Position numbers and translations under genes: made by a program
In this document: positions 34,749 to 48,244 of the stretch, piece after piece
How the letters are laid out: every line of letters starts with the position of its first letter
Numbering within the stretch: the first letter of the stretch is position 1
The notes under the pieces: generated by a model
Told to the model about the DNA's origin: nothing
Databases searched by the model: none
The model's input: the letters and a program-made list of their open reading frames with translations, nothing else
Source: an uncultured Phycisphaerales bacterium
Lineage (GTDB): Bacteria; Planctomycetota; Phycisphaerae; Tepidisphaerales; Tepidisphaeraceae
Length of the DNA: 64,000 bases
Reading direction: 5' to 3'
Assembly: GCA_963844715.1 (NCBI GenBank)
Contig: CAWJPJ010000007.1
Coordinates: 928,001 to 992,000, forward strand

Positions 34749-37700
34749 ATGACACTTCAACGGTTGATTTTCAGCCGCGCATCTTCGCGATGGCGGCTGG
34801 TCGCGCTCTGGATGCTGGGGGTGCTTTCGGTGGTTTTGTCGCTGGTGATGCCGCGTGAGGTGGGCAGGCTGACAAACCTGTTCACGTCGGGAAAGGTAGT
34901 ATCCTGGGGAACGGCGCGGAATGCAGTGTCGGCGATGATGGCGGCACAACTGGCAATTTCGCTATTGAGTTATGTGCGCAGCCGCTTGCAGGTGGTCACG
35001 ACGGAATACATGACGCGCACGCTGACGCTGACCCTCTTCGGGAGGGCGATGAGATTTTCGCCGGATTTTTTCCGAAATTCGGAAGTGGCGAAGATCAACA
35101 ACCGCATTTTGGATGACAGCGCGCTGGTGTCAAACTTTCTCATGCAGGGCGCGGTGGCGTTTCCGCTCGCGGTCCTCAGCGTGATTTTCTTCGGCGGAGT
35201 AATGATCGCGCGGAATCCACTGCTGGGGGCATGCATGGTTCCGCTGTCGCTGCTGAGCGGATATTACCTATTTTTCGACCGGCGGATTCAAAACGTGAAT
35301 CGCACGGCGCGGCGAACATTCGACGAAATCCGCACCGATGCCAATGAGATGGTGTCGAGCGTCTCCGAGTTTCGACAGCACAACGCATTTGAGTACGGTC
35401 GGGATATTCTCAATCGCCGCCTGTTGAAATATCAGGGCGTGATGATGGACATCGGAAAGCTGACGGCGATGTTCCAGGCGGCCAGCCCGCTGGTCGGCTG
35501 CATCCAGACCGGAGTTTTGTATTTTATCGGCGCGGTGCTCTGTATTCGCGGGACCATGCACTGGGGAGACGTGATTTCCTTTTTGCTGGTGGCGCAGCTT
35601 TTCCAGACGCCCGTGAGCAATATCGCGGGATTCGGGCTGACGTGGCGGATGTCGCGCGAGAGCATGCGCCGGATTGAGGAGATTCTGGAGCGGCCTTGCG
35701 CCTTTGAGCCGATCCCGGCGGCGCCGCCGGCTCCGCCCGACCCGGAAATTTCGTACGAACAGGCATCGGTGAAGTTTGAATCGGGCGGGTTGATCCTTAA
35801 CGGGTTTACGCAGGCGATCGGCGCCGGAGAGCACGTGGCGTTTTGTGGACCGGCGGGTTGTGGGAAGACGACGGCGGTTTCGCTGGTGGCGCGCAATGCG
35901 GAGCCTTCCGCGGGGCGAGTGGTGATCTCTGGAAAACCGATCGATGCCTACGATCTGGATTCACTGGCGCGGGCGATCGGTTTTGTGCCGCAGAAGCCCG
36001 TGATATTGAACATGTCACTCAGAAATAACATTTTGCTCGGTCTGCGGCGTAAGGTGGAGGGGGCGATGACGGATGTGGAGGGTCCGGTGGATCTCGTGGG
36101 GCTGGAGGGGATTGGCTCGGCGGATGACGTAAATCGGCGGCTGATCGAGGTTGTGCGGCTGGTCGGTCTGGAGAGCGATATTTTTAACAAGTGCATCGAC
36201 CTGCCAGCCGAGTCGATGGGAAACAAAGGGGAAATGATCAATCGGCTGCCGGAGCTCGGGCGGCTGACGCGCGATCGGCTTAAGCTGGTGGAAGGGGATC
36301 TCATCGGGTTGTCGGCGGATCGGTATTTTCCGGGGACGGTCGGTGAGAATCTGTTCGGCCCGCACTTCGAGCAGGGGATGTCGCTGGAGTCGGCGGCGGA
36401 TATTTTGCTGCAGGGCGGGGCGGAGTCGCCGTACCTCTTGGATCTGCTGGAATTCGGATTGAGGCGGCTGCGGCAGGAGCATGCGCTAGCGGTCAGGGCG
36501 CTGAATCGAGCGCCGCGGCTGGCGGAAGTTCTGGATTTGCATCCAATTGAAACTGGGCCGGGCATCGTGTTGGATCCGAGCGAGGCGGATGCGTCTGCGC
36601 TCGCGCGAGATGCCGCGGGGGCTGTGGCGTTTGCTGCTGCAATCGGCGCTGGAGGCGGAAGCGCTGGGGGATTTTGGTCTGCCCCGATCGGGTGATTTGT
36701 CGGGTCGGATCGTGCAGGCGCGGAAATTGTTAATCGAGCGCGAGCCGAGAGTGAGGGAAAGATGGGCGACGTTGGAATCAGCGGGCGTGATCGGTGCGCT
36801 GACGGTTCGCGAGAATCTGCTGCTGCGCGGTGTGATCCGCGCCGGCGCGATGCGCTGGAGCAGACGGATATAGCGATCGCGGCTGTGCTGAACGAGCAGC
36901 AGCAGATGGGCCAGGCGCTGCTCCAGGGACTGGAATGCCGGGCCGGTGAAGACGGGAATCTCCTATCCGGGGGACAGAGGCAGAAGCTGGCGATCGCCCG
37001 CGTGCTGATGAAAAATCCGCGCGTGCTGCTGCTGGATGAGGCAACCAGCGCAATGGACGAGATTTCCCAAAGGCAGATCGTGGAGGTGATTCGCTCGCAA
37101 TTCGCGGGGAAGACGGTTTTGTCGATTTCGCACCGGTTTTCAACGATCCGGGATTTTGATCGGGTGCTGATGCTGGATCGCGGCCGGCTGGTCGAGTCGG
37201 GGCCGTTTGAAGAATTGGCGGTGAAAGGTCGAATGCTTCCGCAAATGCTCAGGCAGGAGTCGGGCGGGTCGATTCGCGGCGCGAAAGATGATGTGGGGCG
37301 GGAGCCGGGATCGGTGGCGAGTGAGCCGGAACCCGCGGGTCCGCCGGAGTCGGGGCAGGCGGGGGATTCGATGTCGGAGATTGCGCGGAAATTGACGCTC
37401 TGTCCGCTGTTTGCGGGAATGTCGAGCGATCGACTCATTCTTCTGTCCCGCTCGTGCGCGAATTTCATTTCCGCGAGGGGGAGCTGCTGTATAGTCAGGG
37501 CGATGCAGGAGACGAAATGTTTGTGATTTTGCAGGGGCAGGTAGAAGTCTTCAATCCGGACGGCGGGACGAAGGAGAGGATTGTTGCGCGGTACCGCTCC
37601 GGGAAGGCGTTCGGGGAATTGGGGATGTTCGGCCAGGGCGTTCGGTCTTTGAGCGCGCGGGCGTCGACGGACACGCGGGTGGCGTCGCTGACCCGGGAGA

Positions 37701-37816
37701 AGATGATTCCGATCATGGCGGCCGAGCCGCAAATTGCGCTGACGCTGCTTAAATCACTATCGAACATGATCGTGCATCTCGATGAACAGATTTCCCAGGC
37801 GGCTCGGAAAAGGTGA
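34749..37816 (+). CDS. ABC exporter: TMD + NBD with large insertion + C-terminal cNMP-binding domain (about 3 frameshifts)
   Basis: ABC membrane region; Walker A GPAGCGKT; Q-loop FVPQ; LSGGQRQKLAIAR and LLLDEATSA about 900 nt later; LYSQGDAGDEMFVILQGQVEV...FGELG...RSLSARA. Confidence 0.85.
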
Positions 37817-37993
37817 AAGATGTGATTTGGGGCGGGTGGTTGCGACGTCCGGCGGTGTGGGTACTCTTTTTGGCGGGCTCCTGCGGCAACCCCTTCGACG
37901 TCGCGACACAGGTTTTCTTGTAACTGGATGTATTTCAGCGTATCTCGATGCGCGGAAATCTCGATTTTCGGCCGCAAAAACGCTGTTCTCGAG

Positions 37994-38038
37994 GGTCTTC
38001 GGAACCGAGGGTTGGGGGTTCGACTCCCTCCGGGTGCA
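37994..38038 (+). other. att-like 3' fragment of tRNA-Arg(UCG), second copy
   Basis: Identical to 34032-34073, plus GGT of the anticodon stem. Confidence 0.85.
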
Positions 38039-38100
38039 TTTTAAATCGCTTTTGATTTTCGAATATCCCGTCAATCACTGGCTTGCATGATTAGGCCACA

Positions 38101-41100
38101 TCAATCGACTTCCACTTCCACCAGGTGTTCCTTCCGATCATCATTCATTCGCAATATGCCGCTCGGCTGATCCACTCCGTCCGCGGTCAGACGCTTGATT
38201 TGTTTTCCGCCGCCTTGGTTGTGGAAAGTGATGTGGTAGAACGTCTCGCGGAAACGATAGTGAATTTTAAACTCCTTCCAATCCGCGGGCAGGCAGGGGG
38301 CGAAACGCAATTGGTCCACTTCCAGATTGAGACCAAGCAGCGATTCGGTGATCAGGCGATACATCCAACCCGCTGATCCGGTGTACCAGGTCCAGCCGCC
38401 TCGGCCGGCGTGCTGCGGATTGAGATAGACGTCCGCGGCCATGACATATGGTTCGACTTTGTATTTCCGGATGGCCGAGTTGCTGTTGCTGTGTCTTATC
38501 GGATTAATGAGCTGGAATAACTCCCATGCCTTGGAGCAATCGCCCGCGGCGGCGAAAGCCATCACGGTCCAAATCGCGGCGTGTGTGTATTGCCCGCCAT
38601 TCTCGCGAACCCCTGGCACGTATCCTTTGACATAACCCGGATCGAGCGTGGATTTATCAAACGGCGGATCGAACAATTGGATGACGCCTACGTCCCGTTT
38701 GACGAGCAGCCGGTCCACGGCCGCCATCGCCTGGCGGGAGCGCCTCGGATTCCCCGCGCCAGAGAGGACGGACCAGCTTTGGGGGATCGAATCGATACGG
38801 CATTCGGGGTTCGATGCGGAGCCGAGCGGCTCGCCATTATCGAAATAGGCTCGCCGATACCATTCCCCATCCCATCCGTTTGCCTCGATATTCTGGCGCA
38901 ATTTCACGGCTTCGGTTGTGCAAAGAGTTGCGACGACATCATCTCCCCGTTTTTTGGCGATGGTTTCGAACTGTTGGAGCACGTCCTGGAGGAAAAAGGC
39001 GAGCCAGACGCTTTCGCCTTTGCCGTGTTCGCCGACGAGATTCATTCCGTCGTTCCAGTCGCCCGTGCCCATGAGGGGAAGCCCGTGTTCCCCGAATCTT
39101 AATCCGTGCCGGATTGCGCGGACGCAATGTTCGTAAAGCGCGGCGGATTCGTCCGATCGATTAGGCAGGTCGTAATAGCTGTCCTCCTCGGGCTTCACGG
39201 GGCGGCCGTCCAAAAACTGAATTTTCTCGTCGAGCACTCCGGTGTCGCCGATGGCGGTGACGTAGCGGCATGTGGCAAAGGGGAGCCAGAGAAAATCGTC
39301 GGAGATTCGAGTGCGAACGCCGCGACCAGACGGGGGATGCCACCAATGTTGCACATCTCCCTCGCGGAATTGCCGGGCAGCGCAGCGCAAAATTTGCTCG
39401 CGGAGGATTGCCGGCTGTGCGTGGACGAGCGCCATGGTGTCCTGAAGTTGGTCTCGGAATCCGAACGCGCCGCCGGATTGGTAGTAGCCACTGCGCCCCC
39501 AGACCCGGGAGGCGAGCGTTTGATAGAGGAGCCAGCCGTTGGCCAGGAAGTTGACGGAGGCGTCGGGAGTTTCGACGTGCAGGACTCCGAGGGTTCGGTT
39601 CCAAAAGTTCCAGACCGATTCCATCGCCGTGCGGGCGGCGGCCAGGCCGCGGAAGCGATTCACTAGATTTCGGGTATCGGCCAAATCCCGGCCGGTGCCA
39701 AACGTGAAGACGATCTCGCGATCCTGCCCATCAGCCAGATCGACATAGACCTGCACGGCCGCGCAAGGATCGATCCCCGCTCCCACTCGTCCCGACAAAC
39801 GGGTGCGCCCGAGGCAGGCGGGGTCGGCGGGAGTTCCGTTGCGGCCCAGAAATTCGCCGCGATCGCCGGTAACCGTTCGTTTGGATTCGCTTGAATCGAG
39901 AAAGACGACGCGACTGGCAAACTCGCTGTTGTAAGTGTTCCTTGCCAGCAGGGCGCCGGTCTTGGGATCGACTTCCGTCACGATATTGGGGGCGTGCATT
40001 TCCCGCCGATCCCCCAATTGCAATTCGAAATAACCCGTGACCGATATCCGTCTGGCTCTGCCCGAGACGTTGCGCACCTTGAAGACGATGAATTTCACCG
40101 GCGCGTCGGTTGCGACGTAGGTTTGCATTTCCGTTGCGACGCCGCCGTCGGTGTATTCAAAGATGCTGTAGCCAAACCCGTGGCGAGTCGTATAGGGCAT
40201 AGGCCCGCGTGCCGGCAGGGGGGCCGGGGACCAGAATCGCCCGCTTTCCTCGTCCCGGATATAGAAGGCTTCACCGCTGGCGTCGCCGACAGGGTCGTTG
40301 TTCCAGGGCGTGAGCCGGAATGAATAGGCGTTTTCACACCAGGTGTACGCGCCGCCGCTTTCGCTGACGACCGTGCCGAACCACGGGTTGGCCAAGACGT
40401 TCACCCAAGGCGCGGGGGTGGGTGATTCGGGGGTGGTGGTGATGACGTATTCGCGCCCGTCTTGCGTGAATCCGCCGATTCCATTGAACTCCGCCAGGTC
40501 GTGCGCCGGCATCTCGACGCCGACGGGGATCTCCCCCCTGCGCCCGCGGACGGAGCGGAATCTCGGCACGGGGATTTCCAGTCCCGCGCGCCGTTCCAAC
40601 TGCTCGGCAAGAGTCCCGGCGGTGTCGCTGATAATGACGCGTGCGACCGTCTGCATGAGCACTTTGTCTTCGTCCGGAATTTGCTCGAGCCGGCGAATGA
40701 AAATCCCGCCCGGTTTATCGAGCAGGTTCGCTTCTGCGCGGGAGGTGATCACGCCGGTGATCTGATCCTGCAATTGTTGGCGGTATCCGGATTGATCTTC
40801 GTTCCAGATGACCAGATCGACCGCCAATCCGTGCACGCGCCAATAGGCGTGGGCTTGTACGAGTTGACGCACCAGGTTGATTTGCGCGGGGTCACCGATG
40901 CGCAAGAGCACGATCGGCAGATCGCCCGAAATACCATAGGCCCACAAGCCGGATTGTCCGCGATGATTCCGCGCAATCACGCTGCCGGAAGCTCGCAACA
41001 AAGGATTGGCGTAAAGAATATTGCTGGCGAGGCGTCCGAAGAGTTGCGCGTCGGCCTCGGCCGCGTCGAGCTGCCGAAGCACGACCTGACTGTGCGTCCA

Positions 41101-44100
41101 TGCGAGGTCGAAGACGCGGTCGGCCAGCCGGCGGTCATGATACTTCTCAACGAGCGCAATCGCCGCCTCGTGTGTCTCGGCGGCTCCAGTCACGAGGTGC
41201 AGCCGTACGGTCTCGTCCGGCCCGACAACCACCGTGTTGCGAATGGCGACGATCGGGTCGAGCACTGATCCTTCACTGTCGGTCAGCGCAGTGCGGTGCA
41301 TCGCCGCCGGGTCCGAGAGCGTACGGCCCCTTCCGACGAATTCTTCGCGGGCTGTTTCGTAGGTCGTCGGCGCGGCGGAATCCCCGTGGACTGTCATCAG
41401 GTGCAGCATCCAGGGCGGCTTCTCACCGGCGGAACGCGGACGACGCGTGCACAGGATCGCCTGCCGGTCTCGAACGAGTTGTGTTTGAACGAATAAATTG
41501 CTGAACGCCGGGTGCGCCGCGTCCGCCGCCGGCGGCGCAAGCACGACCTCCGCATAACTGGTTAACTCGATTGTGCGCGGGAATCGGCTTCGATTCGTGA
41601 TGTTGATGCGGCGCAACTCGATGTCATCCTCCGGGGAGACGCTGATTTCCATGTGAGTTTCGATGTCCGCGTCGCGGCGGCGAAACTCCGCTCGCCCCTG
41701 CGAATAAATGGCTTCGTAAGAATTGGGCCGTTTGATCGCCGGTTGCTGTGCTGCCGACCAGAACTCGCCGCTTTCGACGTCGCGGAGATAGCAAAATGTG
41801 CCCCAGCAATCGCGTGTGGAATCTTCCCGCCAGCGCGTGACGGCCAAGCCGCGCCAGCGGCTGTAACCGCCCCCCGCGGCCGTGACCGCAACGTGATAGC
41901 GGCTATTGGAGAGGAGATGCACCTCGGGCACGACGGTTTGCGGCGTAGTGAAGACGCGGAAGTTCGCGCCTGACTCGACGGACTGTCCGATTTCGAGAGA
42001 AACTTCCGCGGGATGCGGATAGATGGACGCCGCTTTGGGGACGCGCTCCTGTAATAGTGAATCGGTCGCCCGAAAAGCGGGGTCCAATTCGAAGCGGCGC
42101 TGCATGGGCCGATCCAGCAACAAATGCGCCAGCGATAAAAGGGTCATTCCCTGATGATGCGCCATATACGACTCGACCGTGACGCTCTCCTGCCCCGGCG
42201 GCAGACGCGACGGAGAGTAATCCGCCGCTTCATAAAACCCGTAGCCCTTCAGCCGGCCTTCGCGGGCCAGGCGGCGAAGGTTCGCGCATGCCTGCTCCGG
42301 AAGGACCATCAGTGCCAGCGCGCTGGCGTACGGCGCAACGACCAAATCGTCGGCCAATCCGCGCTTGAATCCCAAACCCGGAACCCCGAACGCGCGATAT
42401 TGGTAGTTGAGCTGCGCATCGGTTTTGCTGTATCCGGACTCGGAAATCCCCCACGGCACGCCGCGCTCCCGCCCGTACTCGATCTGCCGGCGCACCACCG
42501 CGCGATACGTTTCATCGAGGAGCGTATGTTCGTAAGTCGGCATGACGAGCAGCGGCATCAGATATTCAAACATCGACCCGCTCCAGGAGAGCAGTGCCAT
42601 GCCTCTTCCCGCGTTGGTCAGCGACCGCCCGAGGCTAAACCAGTTTTCCTGCGGTAGTTTGTCCTGGGCAATGGCGATGAAGCTTGCGAGCCGCGCTTCG
42701 GATGCGAGCAAGTCGTAGAAGCCGGAATCGAGGCGTCGATTGGCGACGTCGTAGCCGATGCTAAGGAGGTGCCGATCCTTGTCGTAAAGAAAGCTGTAGT
42801 CGATATCCGCCAGTTCGCGGCAGCGAACCGCCAGTTGTCGCAAGTCTGAAATGCGTTTCGCGGCAATTTCGGAGGCCGCGCGTAACGGCGCTGCGAAGCG
42901 TTGCCACATTCCCATTGCCCGAATCGGTCGCGGAAAGTGGCGTGGATTCCGATTGTGCAACCTGGGATAGGGAGGGTAGGTTGTGGAACCCGGATAGATC
43001 GATCTCCGCGGAAGAGGCCAACTCGTCCAGATCCTGCAAGAAGGTGTGACACTGCTGCTCGACGGCGCGAGGCCACCATTTCAATTCATCGTCGGCATTG
43101 GGTCCTAATGTGCTCGCCAGTTCATTGCTCGCGTTCGCCACCTGCTGGAGGAGCGTTCGGCAGTCCGCCAACGTTTTCGCCGGCGTCCGCAGTTTGTCGC
43201 GGAGCCGCTCCAGACGGGCGATCACTTCCCGGCCGGCTGGGGCGGCAGAGGTCCGCGCTGTCTCAAGCAGCGCTTCCAGCGTCCAACCCAATCCCGCCAA
43301 CGCGACAGCGGGGCGAAAAATTTTATCGTTGGCCAATTCGTCCAGTCCCGACGCGAGCGTAAGCAGATGTGCGGCGAGGTTTCCGCTGTCGACGGTCGAC
43401 ACATACAGAGGCCGAAGGGGTTCCAGCGTGCGCGTGTCGTACCAGTTATAGAAATGTCCCCGGTAGCGCTGAAGCTTATCCAATGTGGCCAGGGTCCGAG
43501 TGGTTCGCTCGATCACGCCGGTGACGGGGATATACCCGAAATCGTAAGCGGCCAGATTCGCCAGCAGCGACATGCCGATGTTTGTGGGTGAGGTGCGATG
43601 CGCCACGCCTTTGGGCGGGTCTTCCTGGAAATTGTCGGGTGGAAGGTGGTTGTCGTCGGAATCGACAAAAGTTTCGAAATAGCGCCAGGTGCGCCGTGAG
43701 ACCATTCCCAGGAACGACAAATCCTCGGCCGTCAGGTGCGGGCGCGGAGCCCTGATCGGGCGGCTCAACAGGAACGCGACCGCCGGCGCGACGAACCACG
43801 ATCCAATCACCGGCGCCGCGATCGCCAGCGCGTCGCGGCGGGCGAGACTGATCACCAGCAGCGCAAGGGCTGCCGTCAGCGGCGCGATCCACATTAACGA
43901 GTAGAACCCGGCAAGATCGCTGCGCACGGAGCGCTGCGCCTCGCGCGCGGTGCGCCACTCGAGCAAACCGCGGCCGGTGAGCAGTAATCGGAAGAGTGTT
44001 CGACGGATCGCGTCAAGACTCACCGTCGCGTCATACGGCAAACTTGCCAGCACAAATGCCTGCTGCAAAACTTGCCGCGTTACGGCGTATGCAACTTGCC

Positions 44101-46739
44101 GCGCATGAAACATGATCGGCAGGTCCGCCGGTCGGCGCCTCAGTTCGGCAGCGCCATTGAGAACCGCCGGAAGTAGCAGAATCGCCGCCACGATTACCGT
44201 GCATAACAGCGCAGCGCCCGGCAGCAGCCAGCCAAGAACGAGCAGTCCCAGCAGCGCGGCGGGCATCAAGCTCCGGCGGATGTTGTCCAGAATTTTCCAT
44301 CGCGATAGCCCGGAAAGCGGATTTCGTACTCGTTGCCCGTGGCCATCACGCACGCGCGGCATCAGCCACGGCGCGATCTGCCAATCGCCGCGAACCCAAC
44401 GCGACCGCCGGCTCATATCGGCCGGATAGGACGAAGGATAATCCTCAAACAGCAGGACATCGCTGACCAGTCCCGAGCGCGCGTACCCGCCTTCAAGCAG
44501 ATCGTGGCTGAGAACGCGGTTCTCGGGCAAACGCCCGCCCAGCGAGCGCCTGGAACACGTCCACGTCATAAATTCCCTTGCCGATAAACGACCCTTCCTC
44601 GAAAACGTCCTGGTAAACATCGGAAACCGTTCGGGTGTAGGGATCGATGCCCGCCTCGCTGGCAAAGAGTCGTGCGAAATGCGACCGGTTTGCGCTGGGC
44701 ATGCTGATGCCCACGCGCGGCTGAAGAATGCCATACCCGTCGGTTACCCGGCCGAGCTGCTGGTCATAGCGCGGGCGGTTCAGAGGATGAGCGAGCGTGC
44801 CCACCAGCGGCCAGGCCGAATCGCGCGGGAGCTGCGTGTCGCTGTCGAGCGTGATCACATAGCGCACGCCGGCCAACCGATCCATTTCGCCGACGATCGT
44901 GGCGAAGGCGTCGGTTTTTCCGCGCAGGGCCTCGTTGAAGTTTTCGAGTTTGCCGCGCTTTCGCTCCCAGCCCATCCAGACATTCTGCTCGGCATTCCAA
45001 CGGCGCGGCCGATGGAACAGGAAGAAATGTTCGCCGGGGTATTTGGCGTTAAGCCCTTCGATCCCGGCTCGCGCCTGTTGCAGCAGGTCATCGTCGCCGG
45101 CGGCATGTTCTTCGGGAGCGTCGGGAAAATCGGTCAGCAGCGCGAAGTCGAGATTGTTGTCCCGATTGGCCAGGAATCGAACTTCCAACGCCTCCACGAG
45201 TTCGTCGATCTCCCGGGGGTCGGTGATGATCGTGGGGACGGCCACGATCGTGCGGTGTTCCGGTGGGATTCCCGTGGAAAAATTCATCCGCGGCAGGATG
45301 CGAGGACGCACCAGCAACATGACCGCCCAATTGACGAGCGCGACTGCCAATTGGCTCGCGCAGAGACAAATCAGAATCCCCAGAATCACCATTTCCCAAT
45401 GCGCCAAGCCGTGGCGCGCCGACCACCACAGGGCAAACAGCGTCATCAACGCTGTCGCGGCGGCGATACTGCCGACATAGCGGGTCAATGGGAATTGCCC
45501 GCAAATTCTCCGTAAGGACGCGCCGACGGTGGGACGCATTTTGGCGGCGCGTTCCAGCGCCTGCCGGCCTTTGCCGACCAGAAAATATCCAACGTGTGAT
45601 TTGCGAGTTTCATCCAGCGCGCCATCCCCGTTGCCATCGCCGGTGGCGCCGTCACGAGTCAGTTCAACGGCTCGCTGGGCCACGTCGAGTTCGCCCAGGG
45701 GGCTATGCCTGGCGATCTGCTCGACGGCGTGCCGGTAATAATCGCGCGTCGCAAAATCCATTAATGGGTAAACCCCGCTCGGATCGCCCCGGAGGACCTG
45801 CTCGACGCCGCTCATCGTTTCGACGAAGTCGCGCCATTCCACGGCGCCAAGGAATCGAAGACTCCCGATGCTGTTGCCGATGGAGACCTGATCCGCCGCC
45901 TGGCTCTGGCTCGCCTGCTGGAAGACGATTTCAATTGTTTGCCCTTGCTCGGCGACCCGGTGCTCCAGCCAGGTGATCGGGAAGATCAGAGCCGAGCCTT
46001 GCCCCTGCATTCGGCTGGCAAATTCGGCGATGAAGGCGTTCGAGAGTGGCGGGTTCTCCTTCACCATCTCCGCCAGAACCAGCACCACGTCGGCCGGCGC
46101 CGTCTCGGCGACCTCCTGCATGCGATCAATCCAATAGGCCGCTTGCTCGCGATCCCGGCGCCCCTCGGCAACCCGGACCACCACACGCCGTAAATTCTCC
46201 AGCAACGCCAATCGCAGCATGATCGGAATCGCCCAAAGCTCGCCTAGCCGCAGCGGGGTCACCGTCTGGTATGAAGCTACAAACGCGCGCAGGCTCTCGG
46301 CGTCCAACCGCCCATCGACGTGCGAAATCAATTCCAGCGCAATGGCGTAAGCCCGCGGATACCCCGCGCTTGGGCCGCTCTTCAGCCGCGGCAATTCCCG
46401 GCTGTAACCGCGCGGCAGATGCCGCCGCGCCGTGCGAACTTGTTCTTCGATGAGGTGGTAGTTGTCTAGAAACCACTCCGCCGCCGGGGTGACGCGGCGC
46501 CCGCGCTTCACCGCATCGGTCACCAGCCCGTAGGCCTCGCGGAGCAATAATTCATTTGCCGAGAGACGCCGAAGCAGCCGATCCGAACCCCGCCCGCGCC
46601 CCCCGTCCACGACCTCGTGCGACGCGGCCAAAGTCTTGGCATGTTGATCCAACTGATCGACGCTGAACAACTCGTCGCGCAGCGGCTGCTCGTCGCTTGG
46701 CGTTAATGTGCCGCGGTTCCGATCCTGCGCAGGCGCCAC
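38101..46739 (-). CDS. ndvB: Cyclic beta-1,2-glucan synthase (GT84 + glucoamylase-like + GH94), frameshifted; start uncertain
   Basis: AAEWFLDNY; WMGWERKRGK; VITLDSDT; LSHDLLEG; PPDNFQE...RTSPTNIG; YDLLASEARL; YQSGGAFGFRDQLQD; GDWNDGMN; RENGGQYTHAA; GRGGWTWYTGSAGW. Confidence 0.93.
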
Positions 46740-47293
46740 CCTTTGAAGGGTATCAATCTTCGCGTGACTTTCGGCAGGTCAAACAACAATTCGGTTGCAC
46801 TCCATTTTGCTCAAACGCCGGTTTTGTCGCATCGGTTTTCTGCCGGATAAAGGCAGAACCTCGCCCTTGCCCGGCCGTTCACGGCCAGAGCGGTATTCGC
46901 CAGTCCGAAATATAGACTAACCTGCCCGACAACTTATGTGTACGCAGAATAAGCCTTTGCGCGGACAAAGGTGGAATCAAAGATCCGAAACGGCTTGACA
47001 GGGACATTTGCTGCTTGCGATTTCATTGCTGTAAGCGTTTTAGTCAGCGTCGCGGGCAAGCGATCGCCGGCCAGTTCACAGGGGATGTAACCCATGCCGC
47101 AAGTGCCATCGGCGGTGAGCGAAGGCCGCTTTCGGTTCCAAAGCGGGCTCCGCTGAGGCGCCGAGACAGGCGTTCATGAGTTTACATTGTAGGACTCGCG
47201 GCTAATGCGTCGCCGGCCGCTCCGACACTTCGATTGGTTGTTGCATAATGACAACCCGCTAAGATCGGCAACGGTCCCGAATGTCGAACGCCA

Positions 47294-48131
47294 CTATAGC
47301 CCCATCCGGATCATCAGATATTTCTGTCCGACGTCCGTCCAGACTTTTTGAAAGTGCTCCGAGTGCCACTGGGCCTGCCAGTCGAAGATCGCTTTTCGCT
47401 GCGCTGGATCGTCCGGCAGTTCAATAACCAGTTCCAGCGACATTTTAGAACCGAAGGCGATCACCTGCTTGGCCCCTTCCTTCTGCCAGCGGTCGGCATA
47501 CGTTAAGGCCTGCTCTTCGGACCAGGAGCCCAACATTCGCGATTCATCCTCCTTATACCAATCGTGGATTTCCTTGTGATATTCATCGTTTAGTTTGGCC
47601 TCGATATCGCCGTCTTCCCCCAGTTGCGGACCGGCGGGCGTGCCGGAACCGCGCAAGAACTTGAGGCCGAAGATCGCCCCCACGATCACCACCCCCAGAA
47701 TCGCGACGACCAGCACCATCCTCACGACCTGCGACTGCTCCTCGGCCTTGCGTGCGCTGTCATTCTTAGGCCGATGTAAGGAAGAATAAGCCCCCCGGGA
47801 GCGCTGCGCGGGCGGATCTGCTGCAGGGCCGGAGCGATAAGGCAATACCTGGGGTGAGGCGTTGACCACGCGTTTTTCGACTTTCTCGGGTTCGCGGATG
47901 TCGTATTCGTCGCCGGCCTCCTCGCTTGAAGTCGCAGCGGCGGCCGGCGCGGGGGCGAGTGGCTCCGGGCGCAGCGGCTCAGGCCGATCTTCGGTCGGCG
48001 ACTTCCTGGAGCGGCACCTGAATGATGCCCCCACATTTGCACTTGAGTCTCCTCCCCGCCAGTTCGGGCTTGTAGGACCCGGATCGCCCGCAACTGGGGC
48101 AAACGATTCGGCCGGCCTTGTTTTCTCCCAT
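47294..48131 (-). CDS. Membrane-anchored hypothetical protein with N-terminal Zn ribbon (frameshifted)
   Basis: GGAGGA RBS; MGENKAGRIVCPSCG...LKCKCGG, DEYDI linker, one TM helix. Confidence 0.65.
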
Positions 48132-48244
48132 ATCTTCCTCCGGTGGCAAAACAGGACACTGCGCTGCCGTGATTTTTTCGATCCCGATCAGCCGAGCCGC
48201 TTGGCGGACGGGTACTCCTGCGTTCCAGAAATACGGTCTCCTGT

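Noticed and set aside
35948..37732. 594-aa minus-strand ORF and similar long antisense ORFs (e.g. 18587-19447, 22881-24071, 60058-60978)
   Set aside because: They shadow well-supported genes on the opposite strand in high-GC DNA and carry no motifs.
46740..47290. Riboswitch or ncRNA upstream of the glucan synthase
   Set aside because: No consensus I could match by eye; an Rfam search would be needed.
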